Position numbers and translations under genes: made by a program. Source: Spirochaetia bacterium (GTDB lineage: Bacteria; Spirochaetota; Spirochaetia; DSM-2461). From it: DNA of 64,000 bases. The notes under the pieces are model-generated. The model was not told the origin of the DNA. It was given only the letters and a program-made list of their open reading frames with translations, and searched no databases. Below are positions 8,363 to 18,081 of the stretch, one piece after another. The stretch's first letter is position 1, and every line of letters begins with the position of its first letter. The stretch is from the NCBI GenBank assembly GCA_963668315.1, contig OY764216.1, positions 1,440,001 through 1,504,000 of the forward strand. Reading direction: 5' to 3'.

Positions 8363-10692
8363 GACCATTCTGTCGGTTTGCCTATGTGGTAGCCCTGGCC
8401 GAAATCGATTCCTATTTCCCGGGCAAAATTCTGCAGCTCTTCCGTTTCTATGTATTCGGCAATAGTCTTGATTTTGGCTTTCTGGGCGAACTGGATAATG
8501 GATTTAACCAGGGAGAGACTGTTGGGATCTTCCAGTATGTTCTTTGTCAGGCTGCCGTCGATTTTTATGAAATCCGCATTCAGTTTGAGCAGATAGGTGA
8601 AATTGGAAAACCCCGACCCGAAATCGTCTATGGCGATGCGTATCCCTTCCTCTTTGAGCCGGTTGATGATTTTAAGGATACCCCCGAAGTCCCGGAGCTC
8701 CTCCGTTTCGACAATCTCGAGAATCAGCCTGTTCTGAACCTGGCAGAGATGGGCCTGCTCTATGAGAAGATCGATGGTCTCCCGGTCGGTGAAGTCCTCA
8801 ACTGTCAGATTGATAGAAAACTCCTCCGGCCTGTTCTGGAATACGTAGAAGGCTTTCTTGATAACATAATGGGTTATTTTTTTGTATAGCCGCCCTTCCT
8901 TGGCCAGCTCAATGAAATCCTCGGGGCTGATTGTATTGCCCTGGTCGTCTTTCATCCTGATAAGGCATTCGTATTTATTGATTTCTCCCGTAGAGAGATC
9001 CATGATCGGCTGATAGGTAAGGAACATGCTGGAATTGGACATAGCGAGTTTAATCGTATTCAGCTTATTGACCTTTTCCATTTTGACCCGGGAGTCGCCC
9101 AGTTCTTTGTCTCCGTATATAAGAAAACCGTCGGAGCTCTCCTTCGTCGCAGCCAGAGCGGAGTCGGCGATAATCAGAGCATCCCTACTGCTGACCGAAA
9201 CGCCGCACCGGACCGAGATAGGGATATGGGCGTTGTCAAAATCGAAGGAGAAATTGTTGAGTACGAACATCCGCGTCCGGCACTGCTCTATGAATTTTTC
9301 TTTCTTGTCATCCCTTGATATGATGACAAAGGTATCTGCCTGGGATCTGTATAGCGATTCCCCCCCCCTGAGAAGGGATTTGAGAGTGTTCCCTATCTGG
9401 GTGAGGACTTCGTCGCCCCTCTCTATTCCGTAGAAATGGTTGATGCTGCTGAAATGGTCCACATTGTACTGGGCTATGAGCGGTTTCTTCAGCTGGTCAT
9501 AATCGGCGAGAAGCTTGGCCCTGTTGCCGCAGCCCGTGAGAGAGTCGATATAAATTGAGTTCTGCAGATGGGTTTTCGTCTGCTGCAGTTCCGTGATATC
9601 CAGGGCCACGGCGATGAAGCCTTCTCCTTTCCCCGAGGTATCATCCAGCTTTTTTATCTGGGCCTGAAGCCAGAATAGACCGCCCGATGTATTCTGGCAC
9701 ATGAGGACCCCGTTCCATGTTTTACCCTCTTTGAGGACAGTCAGAACTCCCCCCCGCTGGCTTTTCCTGTTCATGGGATAAAAATCCGTGGCAAAGTCCT
9801 CGTCTATCAGATCCGCCCGGTTATGTCCGGCGAGACGGCAGTACAGATCGTTAATATAGTTGATTTTCCCCTTTTCATCGGTGACCATAACGCACAGGTT
9901 GTCTTCCAGGGCATTCCTGTAGAGACGCAGATTGTACTGCACTCTTTTCTGTACGGCATGGGAGTTTCTCAGAATGATCGATACGGTTAAGATGAAAAGG
10001 AATAGAAAGCTGGAGAATAACAGCAGCCTGATTATAACCGTATGGCGGATTTTTTCGCCGAATTCTTCCCAGAGTCCTTTCTGCGCCTGAAGCATCTCAT
10101 CGGCTTCGTCCGAATAAAAGCCCGCTCCGATTATCCATTCCCAGGGGGCGAAATAGGTTATATAAGCGGTTTTCTGCCTGGCGGAGCTGAATATCTTATA
10201 GCGGATGAACCGCTCTTCTCCCCCCTTTGTCAGCTCCTCGAAAAGGGGGGCGAAATCTATATCCGCTTCATTTTTGATATCGCTCACGGAGTATCCTATC
10301 AGATCGATGAAGTCATGGCTGTAGAGGCATATTCCGTCTTTGTCGAAGATGAAGATACCGTCACCGCTCTTGCGGTTTGTCGATTCCTGTCTGAGCATGG
10401 AGAGTATATCGGATTTTGCCTTTTCTGTGGTACGTGAGGAGTCCTTGTTAATATACTGGAGGGTGCCCTGCAATTGAGCCACCGCTTCCCGGGCATTTTC
10501 ACGCTCATTACGGTCGTATTGGGCATAGGTCGTTTTTTGAGCGCTGATTTTTCCCATTTCGATGGAACGGTTCAATGTCTGGATTACGAAGAAAAAGAGA
10601 AGAGTTATAATGGTCAGGGAGAAGAGAATAAAATAGACAGGAGATATCTGCTGAGGAGTGAAGCGCCTCTTTTCCGTATTCAATTTTGACAT
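8359..10692 (-). CDS. Membrane Cache-PAS-GGDEF(degenerate)-EAL protein, likely c-di-GMP phosphodiesterase
   Basis: Two TM segments around a Cache domain (WEWIIGAGFY), PAS (TDEKGKINYIND...WNG), DSLTGCGNR with RSQADTF in place of GGDEF, YQPI..ECLIRM, IDDFGSGFS, KIDGSL, QGYHIGKP. Confidence 0.88.
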   Translation of the reverse strand: MSKLNTEKRRFTPQQISPVYFILFSLTIITLLFFFVIQTLNRSIEMGKISAQKTTYAQYDRNERENAREAVAQLQGTLQYINKDSSRTTEKAKSDILSMLRQESTNRKSGDGIFIFDKDGICLYSHDFIDLIGYSVSDIKNEADIDFAPLFEELTKGGEERFIRYKIFSSARQKTAYITYFAPWEWIIGAGFYSDEADEMLQAQKGLWEEFGEKIRHTVIIRLLLFSSFLFLFILTVSIILRNSHAVQKRVQYNLRLYRNALEDNLCVMVTDEKGKINYINDLYCRLAGHNRADLIDEDFATDFYPMNRKSQRGGVLTVLKEGKTWNGVLMCQNTSGGLFWLQAQIKKLDDTSGKGEGFIAVALDITELQQTKTHLQNSIYIDSLTGCGNRAKLLADYDQLKKPLIAQYNVDHFSSINHFYGIERGDEVLTQIGNTLKSLLRGGESLYRSQADTFVIISRDDKKEKFIEQCRTRMFVLNNFSFDFDNAHIPISVRCGVSVSSRDALIIADSALAATKESSDGFLIYGDKELGDSRVKMEKVNKLNTIKLAMSNSSMFLTYQPIMDLSTGEINKYECLIRMKDDQGNTISPEDFIELAKEGRLYKKITHYVIKKAFYVFQNRPEEFSINLTVEDFTDRETIDLLIEQAHLCQVQNRLILEIVETEELRDFGGILKIINRLKEEGIRIAIDDFGSGFSNFTYLLKLNADFIKIDGSLTKNILEDPNSLSLVKSIIQFAQKAKIKTIAEYIETEELQNFAREIGIDFGQGYHIGKPTEWS

Positions 10693-10788
10693 GATCCTTA
10701 ATTAGTAATATATATTATAACCACCAATCATACTATTACAAATTTTTTTAACAATTCGCTAAATATTCTTCCATTGCCAAAATAATCT

Positions 10789-10817
10789 TTGACTGGCAGG
10801 CGGGAAAATCCTATAGT
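10789..10817 (+). promoter_or_regulatory. sigma70 promoter, leaderless configuration
   Basis: TTGACT-17-TATAGT, ATG 6 nt downstream, no SD. Confidence 0.65.
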
Positions 10818-10823
10818 GTATAT

Positions 10824-11486
10824 ATGAGAATTGCTATGATCGTCCCGGTCTTATTTTTTTCCCTTTTTCTCTTTGCTTCCTGCGCCACAGCTCCGGAACC
10901 GGAAACGGCCGGAGCGGAATCCGCCGCGATAGGCGATCCTTTCAGGCCGGTCAAGGATAAACTGGTCGAAGCGGCAGGATGGATGGAAGGACGGAAGAAA
11001 CTGGATGTCAACGGCCGCTCTTTTAATCTGGACTGTACGGGAATCGTCATGGCGGCTTACTGGTATGCCGGTATTGATCTGGGAAAGGATTTCGGGAATT
11101 ATACGGGAAACGGCGTGAGAAGGCTGTTTTATTACCTGGATGATCAGGGGCTCCTCTATGATACAGATCTGCCGTCGCCGGGAGATATCATTTTCTGGGA
11201 CAATACCTGGGATGCCAACGAGAACGGGGAGGCCGACGATACCCATACCCATGTGGGAATGATGGTCAGCCTGGACAGGAACACGGGCTCCGGAACCTAT
11301 CTTCATTACAATTATGCCAAGGGAATTATCGTCGAGAACATCAATCTTCTGGATAAGGATAATCCTTCGGCCAACTCTCCCATGCGTATGAGATCCCTGC
11401 CGAAGGTTGACGGATACCACTATCTTTCGTCACAGCTGGTGAATGAACTGGGGAAGGGGTATGAACTGGAGAGGAGCAACGGGTAG
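10824..11486 (+). CDS. Lipoprotein with NlpC/P60-CHAP-type peptidoglycan hydrolase domain
   Basis: FASC lipobox; LDCTGIV catalytic Cys, PSPGDIIFWDNT, THVG His. Confidence 0.8.
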   Translation: MRIAMIVPVLFFSLFLFASCATAPEPETAGAESAAIGDPFRPVKDKLVEAAGWMEGRKKLDVNGRSFNLDCTGIVMAAYWYAGIDLGKDFGNYTGNGVRRLFYYLDDQGLLYDTDLPSPGDIIFWDNTWDANENGEADDTHTHVGMMVSLDRNTGSGTYLHYNYAKGIIVENINLLDKDNPSANSPMRMRSLPKVDGYHYLSSQLVNELGKGYELERSNG

Positions 11487-11524
11487 GACACCTTCCTCTC
11501 TGACCGGCGGTGATCCGCGGGCAT

Positions 11525-11577
11525 AAAAAAAGGTCCGTAAGCTCTGGACGTCGATATAACTTACGGACCAATTTTTT
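11525..11577. terminator. Intrinsic terminator, probably bidirectional
   Basis: A7-GGTCCGTAAG...CTTACGGACC-aaT6, perfect 10-bp stem. Confidence 0.7.
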
Positions 11578-11713
11578 CATTTACATTATTATGTTCGGCT
11601 TAAGCCGGGGAACCTTTAGAAAAAATGAGAACTTTTTTTTCGGACCGGGGATTCACCCCTGCGAATGTCCCCGGTATTCCGGGGGGACCGTAACAATTCC
11701 CGTTAAAAAAACA

Positions 11714-11742
11714 TTGACATATTCAAAAAGTCGTAGGACAAT
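11714..11742 (+). promoter_or_regulatory. sigma70 promoter upstream of sRNA candidate
   Basis: A-tract then TTGACA-17-GACAAT. Confidence 0.55.
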
Positions 11743-11745
11743 TGA

Positions 11746-11830
11746 GTTGGTTTTGGGAAGTATTAAATAATTTTGGGAAGGGAAGGGGATATTTCGGTAT
11801 CCCTTTTCACCCCATTTCTTTCCCCTAACT
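11746..11830 (+). ncRNA. Candidate small RNA
   Basis: Promoter upstream, two TTTTGGGAAG repeats, UUCG-capped stem AAGGGGATA/TATCCCTTT with pyrimidine tail, no ORF. Confidence 0.35.
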
Positions 11831-11871
11831 TCTTCTGTGTGGTAAAATTCCCTTTTTGCCCTTTAGTCCCC

Positions 11872-11900
11872 TTGATGAAATATTTCTCTATCTATATAAT
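11872..11900 (+). promoter_or_regulatory. sigma70 promoter of fusA
   Basis: TTGATG-17-TATAAT about 105 nt upstream of the ATG. Confidence 0.65.
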
Positions 11901-12004
11901 CTTCTTGCTGTTCCCTCACTGTCTCTGAAAGACCGGCGGGAATGAGAAATTTGATCACACAAGGGTTATCACCCTGTTCATATTGAGAGAGGTTTAGAAA
12001 GCAT

Positions 12005-14107
12005 ATGGTTGACGACATTACCAAAATGCGCAATATCGGTATCAGTGCGCATATCGATTCGGGTAAGACCACCCTTACTGAGCGTATTCTTTTCTATTGT
12101 CAGAAAATTCACGCAATCCACGAGGTTCGCGGTAAGGACGGAGTTGGAGCTACCATGGACTCCATGGAACTTGAGCGGGAAAGAGGTATCACCATCGCTT
12201 CCGCTGCGACCAACGTTACCTGGAAGGGAACCGATATCAACATTATCGATACCCCAGGACACGTTGACTTTACCATTGAGGTAGAAAGAGCCCTCCGTGT
12301 TCTGGACGGAGCCATTCTGGTTCTCTGTTCCGTTTCCGGTGTTCAGTCTCAGTCTATCACGGTAGACCGTCAGCTCAAGAGATACAACGTTCCCCGTATC
12401 GCTTTCGTAAACAAGAGCGACAGATCCGGCGCCAATCCCTACAAAGTATGCGATCAGCTCCGTGAAAAACTCAATCTTAACTCCTGCATGATGCAGGTTC
12501 CCATCGGTCTGGAAGAGAAGCTGGAAGGTATGGTTGACCTTATTACCATGAAAGCTATGTATTTCGACGGTGACGACGGAGAGACTATCCGCATTGAAGA
12601 TATCCCCGCTGACCTTCAGGCAGAAGCCGAGGAAAGAAGAGAGATAATGCTGGATACGGTTTCCATGTTCTCCGACGAACTGATGGAAAAGATGATGGAA
12701 GGCGACGATATCCCCGAAGAGATGATTCATGAAGCCGTCAGAAAGGGAACTCTCTCTCTGGAACTCTGTCCCGTCTATCTCGGTTCCGCCTACAAAAACA
12801 AGGGTATTCAGCCCCTTCTCGATGCGGTTCTCAAATATCTCCCCTGTCCTACCGACGTGGAGAACAAGGCCCTTGACCTGGATAATGACGAGCAGGAAAT
12901 TGTACTTCCCTCCGATCCTTCCAAGCCCACCGTCGCCCTGGCGTTCAAGCTGGAAGACGGTCAGTATGGTCAGCTTACCTACATCAGAATCTACCAGGGT
13001 GTCCTCAAGAAGGGTACCGATCTTTACAACGTCCGTATGAAGAGAAAATTCAAGGTCGGCCGTCTGGTAAGAATGCATGCCAACTCCATGGAAGATATCA
13101 ACGAGGGACGCTGTGGTGACATCGTGGCTCTTTTTGGTGTGGACTGTGCTTCCGGTGACACTTTCTGTGACCCCAGCCTGAACCTCTCCATGACCAGTAT
13201 GTACGTTCCCAACGCGGTTATCTCCCTCTCCATCACTCCTATCGACAAGAGTGCTTCGGACAAGATGGCCAAGGCCCTCAACCGTTTTACCAAGGAAGAC
13301 CCCACTTTCCGTACCCACGTTGATCCCGAATCCAACGAGACCATCATTTCCGGTATGGGTGAGCTTCACCTGGAAGTATACATTGAGAGAATGAAGCGTG
13401 AGTATAAGGCCGAGGTTATCACCGGCGCACCCCGCGTTGCTTACCGCGAGGCGATTTCCCAGGCTGCCGACTTCAACTATACCCATAAGAAGCAGACCGG
13501 TGGTTCCGGTCAGTACGGTCGTGTCGCCGGTACCATGGAGCCCCTCGAAGTCGGTGAAGACGGACAGGAATACGAGTTTGTCAACCAGATCAAGGGTGGT
13601 TCTATTCCCAACGAATATATCCCCTCCTGTGACAAGGGTTTCCAGGAAGCCATGAAGAAGGGTTCACTTATCGGAGCTCCCGTTGTCGGTGTCAGAATGA
13701 TGATCAACGACGGTCAGTACCATACGGTTGACTCCTCCGACCAGGCATTCCAGACCGCTGCTCTCGGTGCTTTCCGTGAAGCTTACGGTAAGGCCAAGCC
13801 GATTATTCTCGAGCCTATTATGAAAGTAGCCGTTGAAGGTCCTGCTGAATTTCAGGGAAATATTTTTGGTACGATTAACCAAAGACGTGGTATGATTATA
13901 GGGTCTACCGAAGAAGGTAACAACTGCGTTGTTGAAGCGGAAGTTCCTCTTAGCGAAATGTTTGGTTATTCCACCGTTTTGAGATCTTCCACTCAGGGTA
14001 AGGCAGAGTTCACCATGGAGTTTGCCAAGTACGGCAAAGTTCCCCAGGGCGTTTCTGAAGAGCTGATCAAAGCTTATCAGGAAGAGAGAAAGGCCGCGGC
14101 CAAATAA
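12005..14107 (+). CDS. fusA: Elongation factor G (spirochaete/mitochondrial EF-G1 type), outside the str operon
   Basis: [71 protein letters not shown]. Confidence 0.98.
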   Translation: MVDDITKMRNIGISAHIDSGKTTLTERILFYCQKIHAIHEVRGKDGVGATMDSMELERERGITIASAATNVTWKGTDINIIDTPGHVDFTIEVERALRVLDGAILVLCSVSGVQSQSITVDRQLKRYNVPRIAFVNKSDRSGANPYKVCDQLREKLNLNSCMMQVPIGLEEKLEGMVDLITMKAMYFDGDDGETIRIEDIPADLQAEAEERREIMLDTVSMFSDELMEKMMEGDDIPEEMIHEAVRKGTLSLELCPVYLGSAYKNKGIQPLLDAVLKYLPCPTDVENKALDLDNDEQEIVLPSDPSKPTVALAFKLEDGQYGQLTYIRIYQGVLKKGTDLYNVRMKRKFKVGRLVRMHANSMEDINEGRCGDIVALFGVDCASGDTFCDPSLNLSMTSMYVPNAVISLSITPIDKSASDKMAKALNRFTKEDPTFRTHVDPESNETIISGMGELHLEVYIERMKREYKAEVITGAPRVAYREAISQAADFNYTHKKQTGGSGQYGRVAGTMEPLEVGEDGQEYEFVNQIKGGSIPNEYIPSCDKGFQEAMKKGSLIGAPVVGVRMMINDGQYHTVDSSDQAFQTAALGAFREAYGKAKPIILEPIMKVAVEGPAEFQGNIFGTINQRRGMIIGSTEEGNNCVVEAEVPLSEMFGYSTVLRSSTQGKAEFTMEFAKYGKVPQGVSEELIKAYQEERKAAAK

Positions 14108-14119
14108 GGAGAGGAAGTT

Positions 14120-14824
14120 ATGGTAAAAAAGGAAATCACCGAGAAAAGTCCGCTGCGTAAGCTGGAAAGTGCTGTCCAGGGCGGTTTGGGTGCCGGTAAC
14201 ATTGGCGTTATCGCTTCCAAGAAAGGTATCGGCAAGACCGCTGCACTGGTTCACATCGCTACCGACAAGCTTATGCAGGACAAGCACGTAATTCATGTTT
14301 CCTACTCCAACCGGGTTGATCACATCATTTCCTGGTATGAAGATATTTTTTCCGAGATTTCTAAAAAGAGGGATCTGGAAAATGCCATGGACGTCCACGA
14401 CGAACTGATCCGGAACAGGGTCATTATGAATTTCAACCAGGCCGGTGTAACGGTGGATCATGTTCTGGCAGCTGTCAAAGCTATGATGGATGCCGGACAG
14501 AAAGGAACCAATGCAGTCATTATCGACGGTTTTGATTTCACCAAAGCTTCCGCCGGGGATATTTCTTCTTTCAAGAAGTTTGCCGGCGACAACAATGTGG
14601 AGATCTGGTTCAGCGATTCCTATGAGAAGGAAGAAGGATATCAGGATGAGCAGGGACTCCCTGTGAATCTGAAGCCTTTCATCGATGATATTTCCGTTAT
14701 TCTGACTATGCAGAATGAAGGCGGGTTCATGATGATGACTCTGATTAAAGACCACCAGAATGTTCGTTCCGAAAAGCTTTCTCTCAAGCTGGAAATAAAG
14801 ACCCTTCTTATAGCGGAAGCATAG
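14120..14824 (+). CDS. Uncharacterised RecA/KaiC-like P-loop protein
   Basis: GGLGAGNIGVIASKKGIGKT (Walker A-like), VIHVS, AVIIDG (Walker B-like); strong RBS 12 nt after the fusA stop. Confidence 0.7.
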   Translation: MVKKEITEKSPLRKLESAVQGGLGAGNIGVIASKKGIGKTAALVHIATDKLMQDKHVIHVSYSNRVDHIISWYEDIFSEISKKRDLENAMDVHDELIRNRVIMNFNQAGVTVDHVLAAVKAMMDAGQKGTNAVIIDGFDFTKASAGDISSFKKFAGDNNVEIWFSDSYEKEEGYQDEQGLPVNLKPFIDDISVILTMQNEGGFMMMTLIKDHQNVRSEKLSLKLEIKTLLIAEA

Positions 14825-14847
14825 GGAGCCGTGTCTAAATAGTGATG

Positions 14848-14890
14848 TAGAGGGAAGCGGCTGTGGCTGTCTTCCCTCTATTTGTCTTTT
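14848..14890 (+). terminator. Intrinsic terminator of the fusA operon
   Basis: TAGAGGGAAG...CTTCCCTCTA followed by TTTGTCTTTT. Confidence 0.65.
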
Positions 14891-14899
14891 CGGAGGAGT

Positions 14900-15424
14900 A
14901 TGACCGCGACCCGGGAACTAGTGACAAACGATATTCTCGTAACGTGGGACGAAGGGAGTGATACGCCCTCTTCGCTCCTCTCCTCGCTTAATGTGTGCCT
15001 TGAGTTTATGACCGGCTACGACCGTTTTCTGGCCCACTCAGCCGGTTGGGACTGCGAATTGAACCTGGTCCTTCAGGGTATGGAAGAGCGGGGATTTCTC
15101 TTTAAAGTCACATGTCTCCTCATTCCTTCTTCCCAGCTCTATCTGGGGCAGGGGGATGCTTACGGGGATATTCTGGGCTGGCTGAAGCAGATGCATGTTG
15201 AGCTTCTGGAGCAGATTTTGACTTTCAATGAGCCGAAAGAACTGGAAGAACTGCTCTCCAGAGCCCGGAACAGGGCCGCCGAGGCAAGACTGGAAAGGGA
15301 ACTTCTTTTCTCTCTTGAGCAGCCCAGCAGAAAGCTGGCATTTCTGGAAAAAAGGTTCGGCGAACTGCTGGACGCCCACCGCGAACTTGATGGAAAAGTC
15401 ACCTTAAAAATCTTGAAAAAATAG
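14900..15424 (+). CDS. Hypothetical protein
   Basis: ORF fills the gap, GGAGG before ATG 14900; no motif recognised. Confidence 0.6.
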   Translation: MTATRELVTNDILVTWDEGSDTPSSLLSSLNVCLEFMTGYDRFLAHSAGWDCELNLVLQGMEERGFLFKVTCLLIPSSQLYLGQGDAYGDILGWLKQMHVELLEQILTFNEPKELEELLSRARNRAAEARLERELLFSLEQPSRKLAFLEKRFGELLDAHRELDGKVTLKILKK

Positions 15425-15494
15425 CATCCATCTTATGGAAATCGGTCTCACCGCGTACTATTATATAAGTGGATTTAATAAGAGGAGGATTGTC

Positions 15495-15680
15495 ATGTCC
15501 GATGAATTAGAAGAAGACACTCTTTCCCTTGAGGATATCGAAGACGATTACGATGAGCTCGATGATGTCAAAGAAGAGAGCTGGTCTGATAGTTTTGATG
15601 ATCTTGATGCGGAAGACTGGGATGAATTATACGGCGATGAAGAAGAAGAGCTTGACGGAGATCCCTGGGATTTGAACTGA
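15495..15680 (+). CDS. Small, extremely acidic protein (61 aa)
   Basis: GAGGAGG RBS; 32 of 61 residues are D/E, one Lys. Confidence 0.7.
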   Translation: MSDELEEDTLSLEDIEDDYDELDDVKEESWSDSFDDLDAEDWDELYGDEEEELDGDPWDLN

Positions 15681-15683
15681 CAG

Positions 15684-16469
15684 ATGCTTTCACGGGAGAG
15701 ACTTGATTTTTACGATAGACTCAAATATACCATTCTCGATTCGGAGAAGGAAGAACTTGACGAGATTTTAAGGACTCTGATTCGAAAGCAGAATGCCGAT
15801 CAGTTCTACAGAGAGCTATTTGACGGCTGTTACATCGATTCGGCCGGTGAGATTGTACGTGTCGGCTTCTTCGGAGGAAAGGAAAATCCCGGCCCCCTGG
15901 AATACGCCATGTATACTCTCCTGGCCTATGCTCCCGATGATTTTCCCCTGAAAAAAAATATAACCAGCATACGGTTTATCGCCGATGAGAGCGGTCCCCG
16001 GCAGAATCTTCGTTTTCCCCGCCGGCTGGATTTTTTCCCCCATCTCGAACAGCTGGGCCTCGTGGGCTGGAAGACGGCTGCTGTGCCCAGGGAACTGGCC
16101 CGGTGCCGGCGGCTCAGGTACCTTTCCTTAAGAAATAACCGTTATGCAGAACTGCCCGAACCTGTTATGGGCATACCCAATCTGACCCACCTGGATATAA
16201 GCTACAATTTACTGGAATCCCTGCCGGAGGATCTGGACCGCATGAAAAGTCTGGAGACTCTTACGCTTAAGGGGAACCGGATCTCCCGGCTGCCCCTGTC
16301 GGTCAAGCGGATGGAAGCGCTGGAATATCTGGATGTGAGCTGTAACAAGCTGGTTGAGTACCCCCATTTCATCAATGACATGGCACAATTAAGATTTTTC
16401 AATGCCGCCTATAATGAACTGTCCGTCGAAGAGGAGGCGCGGCTTCACGTTGCCGCATCCCTGCCCTGA
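15684..16469 (+). CDS. Leucine-rich repeat protein
   Basis: About five LxxLxLxxNxLxxLP repeats (LRYLSLRNNRYAELP, LTHLDISYNLLESLP, LETLTLKGNRISRLP). Confidence 0.9.
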   Translation: MLSRERLDFYDRLKYTILDSEKEELDEILRTLIRKQNADQFYRELFDGCYIDSAGEIVRVGFFGGKENPGPLEYAMYTLLAYAPDDFPLKKNITSIRFIADESGPRQNLRFPRRLDFFPHLEQLGLVGWKTAAVPRELARCRRLRYLSLRNNRYAELPEPVMGIPNLTHLDISYNLLESLPEDLDRMKSLETLTLKGNRISRLPLSVKRMEALEYLDVSCNKLVEYPHFINDMAQLRFFNAAYNELSVEEEARLHVAASLP

Positions 16470-16477
16470 GTCTTCTC

Positions 16478-16506
16478 TTGCGTATCCGCGAAGGAGATTA
16501 TATAAT
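16478..16506 (+). promoter_or_regulatory. sigma70 promoter, leaderless configuration
   Basis: TTGCGT-17-TATAAT, ATG 6 nt downstream. Confidence 0.65.
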
Positions 16507-16512
16507 AGGGCA

Positions 16513-17337
16513 ATGAGTACAAAAGCCCTGATAACCCAGGACGAGCGGATATATAAGAATGACACTTATGAAACCCCGTCCGATACCAAGCGCCATTTGC
16601 GGGATATCCTTACATTCGGTTCCCGCTGGAGTTTCTATTTAAGCTATTTCTCCGTTGTATACAGACTGTGGATACGGGCCCGTAAAGGCAAAATGGGGTA
16701 TGACTACTATTCGCGGCTCAGCAATGAAATACTGGAAGCCGTGGAGAGTCACCGCGGCCGTCTTAAGATAGAAGGCCTGGATAAAATCCTGGACAGCGAT
16801 CAGAATTTCGTCATTATCGGCAATCATATAAGTTCCCTGGAAGCCCAGACCCTAGCGGGTATCATCAACTCAAGGAAAGTGGCTTTCGTCATGAAGGAGA
16901 GCCTGCTTACAACCCCCTTTTTCGGGCCTATTATGAAAAGCGCCAATCCCATTCCCGTTACAAGAAAGAATCCCATAGAGGATCTCAACAGCGTCATGGA
17001 GAAGGGGTGCGAATATCTGGCTAAGGGGTATTCGGTCATTATTTTTCCCCAGGGTACGCGTTCCCTTGTATTCGAACCGGCCAAATTCAACAAGCTGGGT
17101 GTCAGGCTGGCCCAGAGAGCGGGAGTTCCCTGCCTGCCTCTGGCGTTGAAGACCGACTATTGGGGCAATGGTAAAATCCTCAAGACTTTCGGGCCGACCC
17201 ATCCGGAGAAAACCGTGCATTTCGCTTTCGGTGATCCTGTCATCCCGACGGGAAAGGGAAGGAATGCCCATGAAGCGGTCATCTCCTTTATCTCCTCCAA
17301 GCTGAAAGAGTGGGGTTTTCCCGTGGTGGAGGAGTAA
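16513..17337 (+). CDS. plsC: 1-acyl-sn-glycerol-3-phosphate acyltransferase family
   Basis: NHISSLE, FVMKESL, IFPQGTRS motifs. Confidence 0.85.
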   Translation: MSTKALITQDERIYKNDTYETPSDTKRHLRDILTFGSRWSFYLSYFSVVYRLWIRARKGKMGYDYYSRLSNEILEAVESHRGRLKIEGLDKILDSDQNFVIIGNHISSLEAQTLAGIINSRKVAFVMKESLLTTPFFGPIMKSANPIPVTRKNPIEDLNSVMEKGCEYLAKGYSVIIFPQGTRSLVFEPAKFNKLGVRLAQRAGVPCLPLALKTDYWGNGKILKTFGPTHPEKTVHFAFGDPVIPTGKGRNAHEAVISFISSKLKEWGFPVVEE

Positions 17338-18023
17338 TGGCCCGGCTTTACATGGTGGCGACACCCATCGGCAATTTGGAGGATATGACCTACCGGGCTG
17401 TCCGCATCCTGGGAGAGGTGGATTATATCGCCTGTGAGGATACGCGGCAGACACTTAAACTCCTGAATCATTACGGCATAAAGAAGCCCCTTATGAGCTG
17501 CCGGGCCGCCAATGAGAAACAGAGCGCTCCCGGACTGGTGAAAAAGATGGAAGAGGGCTTTGATATGGCTTACGTCTCCGATGCGGGAACGCCCGGTCTG
17601 AGCGATCCCGGAAAGATCCTTGTCAGGGAGGCAAGGGACAGGGGAATGGAAGTCATTCCCGTACCGGGTGCTTCGGCTTTCGCGGCTCTGGTGAGCATAT
17701 GCGGCTTTCCCGGGAAGGCGGTGACATTCGAGGGATTCCTTTCTCCTAAAAAAGGGAAAAGAAAAAAGCGCCTGGAAGAACTTCTTGAGAGGGGAGATGC
17801 CTTTGTTTTATATGAGTCGCCCTTTCGTATCGTTAAGCTTCTCGAGGACCTTTCTGACCTCTCTCCTGATGCTAATGTCCTTCTGGGTAGGGAAATAACA
17901 AAGAAATTCGAGGAAATATGCGAAGATTCCGCCTCTGCCCTATTTGCAGACTGGGAAAAACGAAGTACAATAAAAGGAGAGATCGCCCTTCTTGTTTCTC
18001 CGGGAACAGGAAAAAATGATTAA
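17337..18023 (+). CDS. rsmI: 16S rRNA C1402 2'-O-methyltransferase
   Basis: LYMVATPIGNLEDMT, ACEDTR, VSDAGTPGLSDPG, YESPFR, REITKKFEE, KGEI. Confidence 0.95.
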   Translation: MARLYMVATPIGNLEDMTYRAVRILGEVDYIACEDTRQTLKLLNHYGIKKPLMSCRAANEKQSAPGLVKKMEEGFDMAYVSDAGTPGLSDPGKILVREARDRGMEVIPVPGASAFAALVSICGFPGKAVTFEGFLSPKKGKRKKRLEELLERGDAFVLYESPFRIVKLLEDLSDLSPDANVLLGREITKKFEEICEDSASALFADWEKRSTIKGEIALLVSPGTGKND

Positions 18024-18046
18024 TGTTATGGTGTTTCTGTCGATAC
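18020..18046 (+). promoter_or_regulatory. Putative sigma28 promoter for flgM
   Basis: TTAA-15-GTCGATAC versus consensus TAAA-15-GCCGATAA. Confidence 0.45.
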
Positions 18047-18081
18047 TGTAACTACTGGAGAATGAAAGGAGTTCAGTGGCT

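Noticed and set aside
11341..11580. 79-aa minus-strand ORF as a toxin or leader peptide
   Set aside because: Runs through a terminator hairpin and into the NlpC/P60 gene; no SD or motif
11978..13486. 502-aa minus-strand ORF (and similar long ORFs at 711-1760, 32793-34193, 13664-14755)
   Set aside because: Antisense shadows of strongly biased real genes; no motifs or RBS
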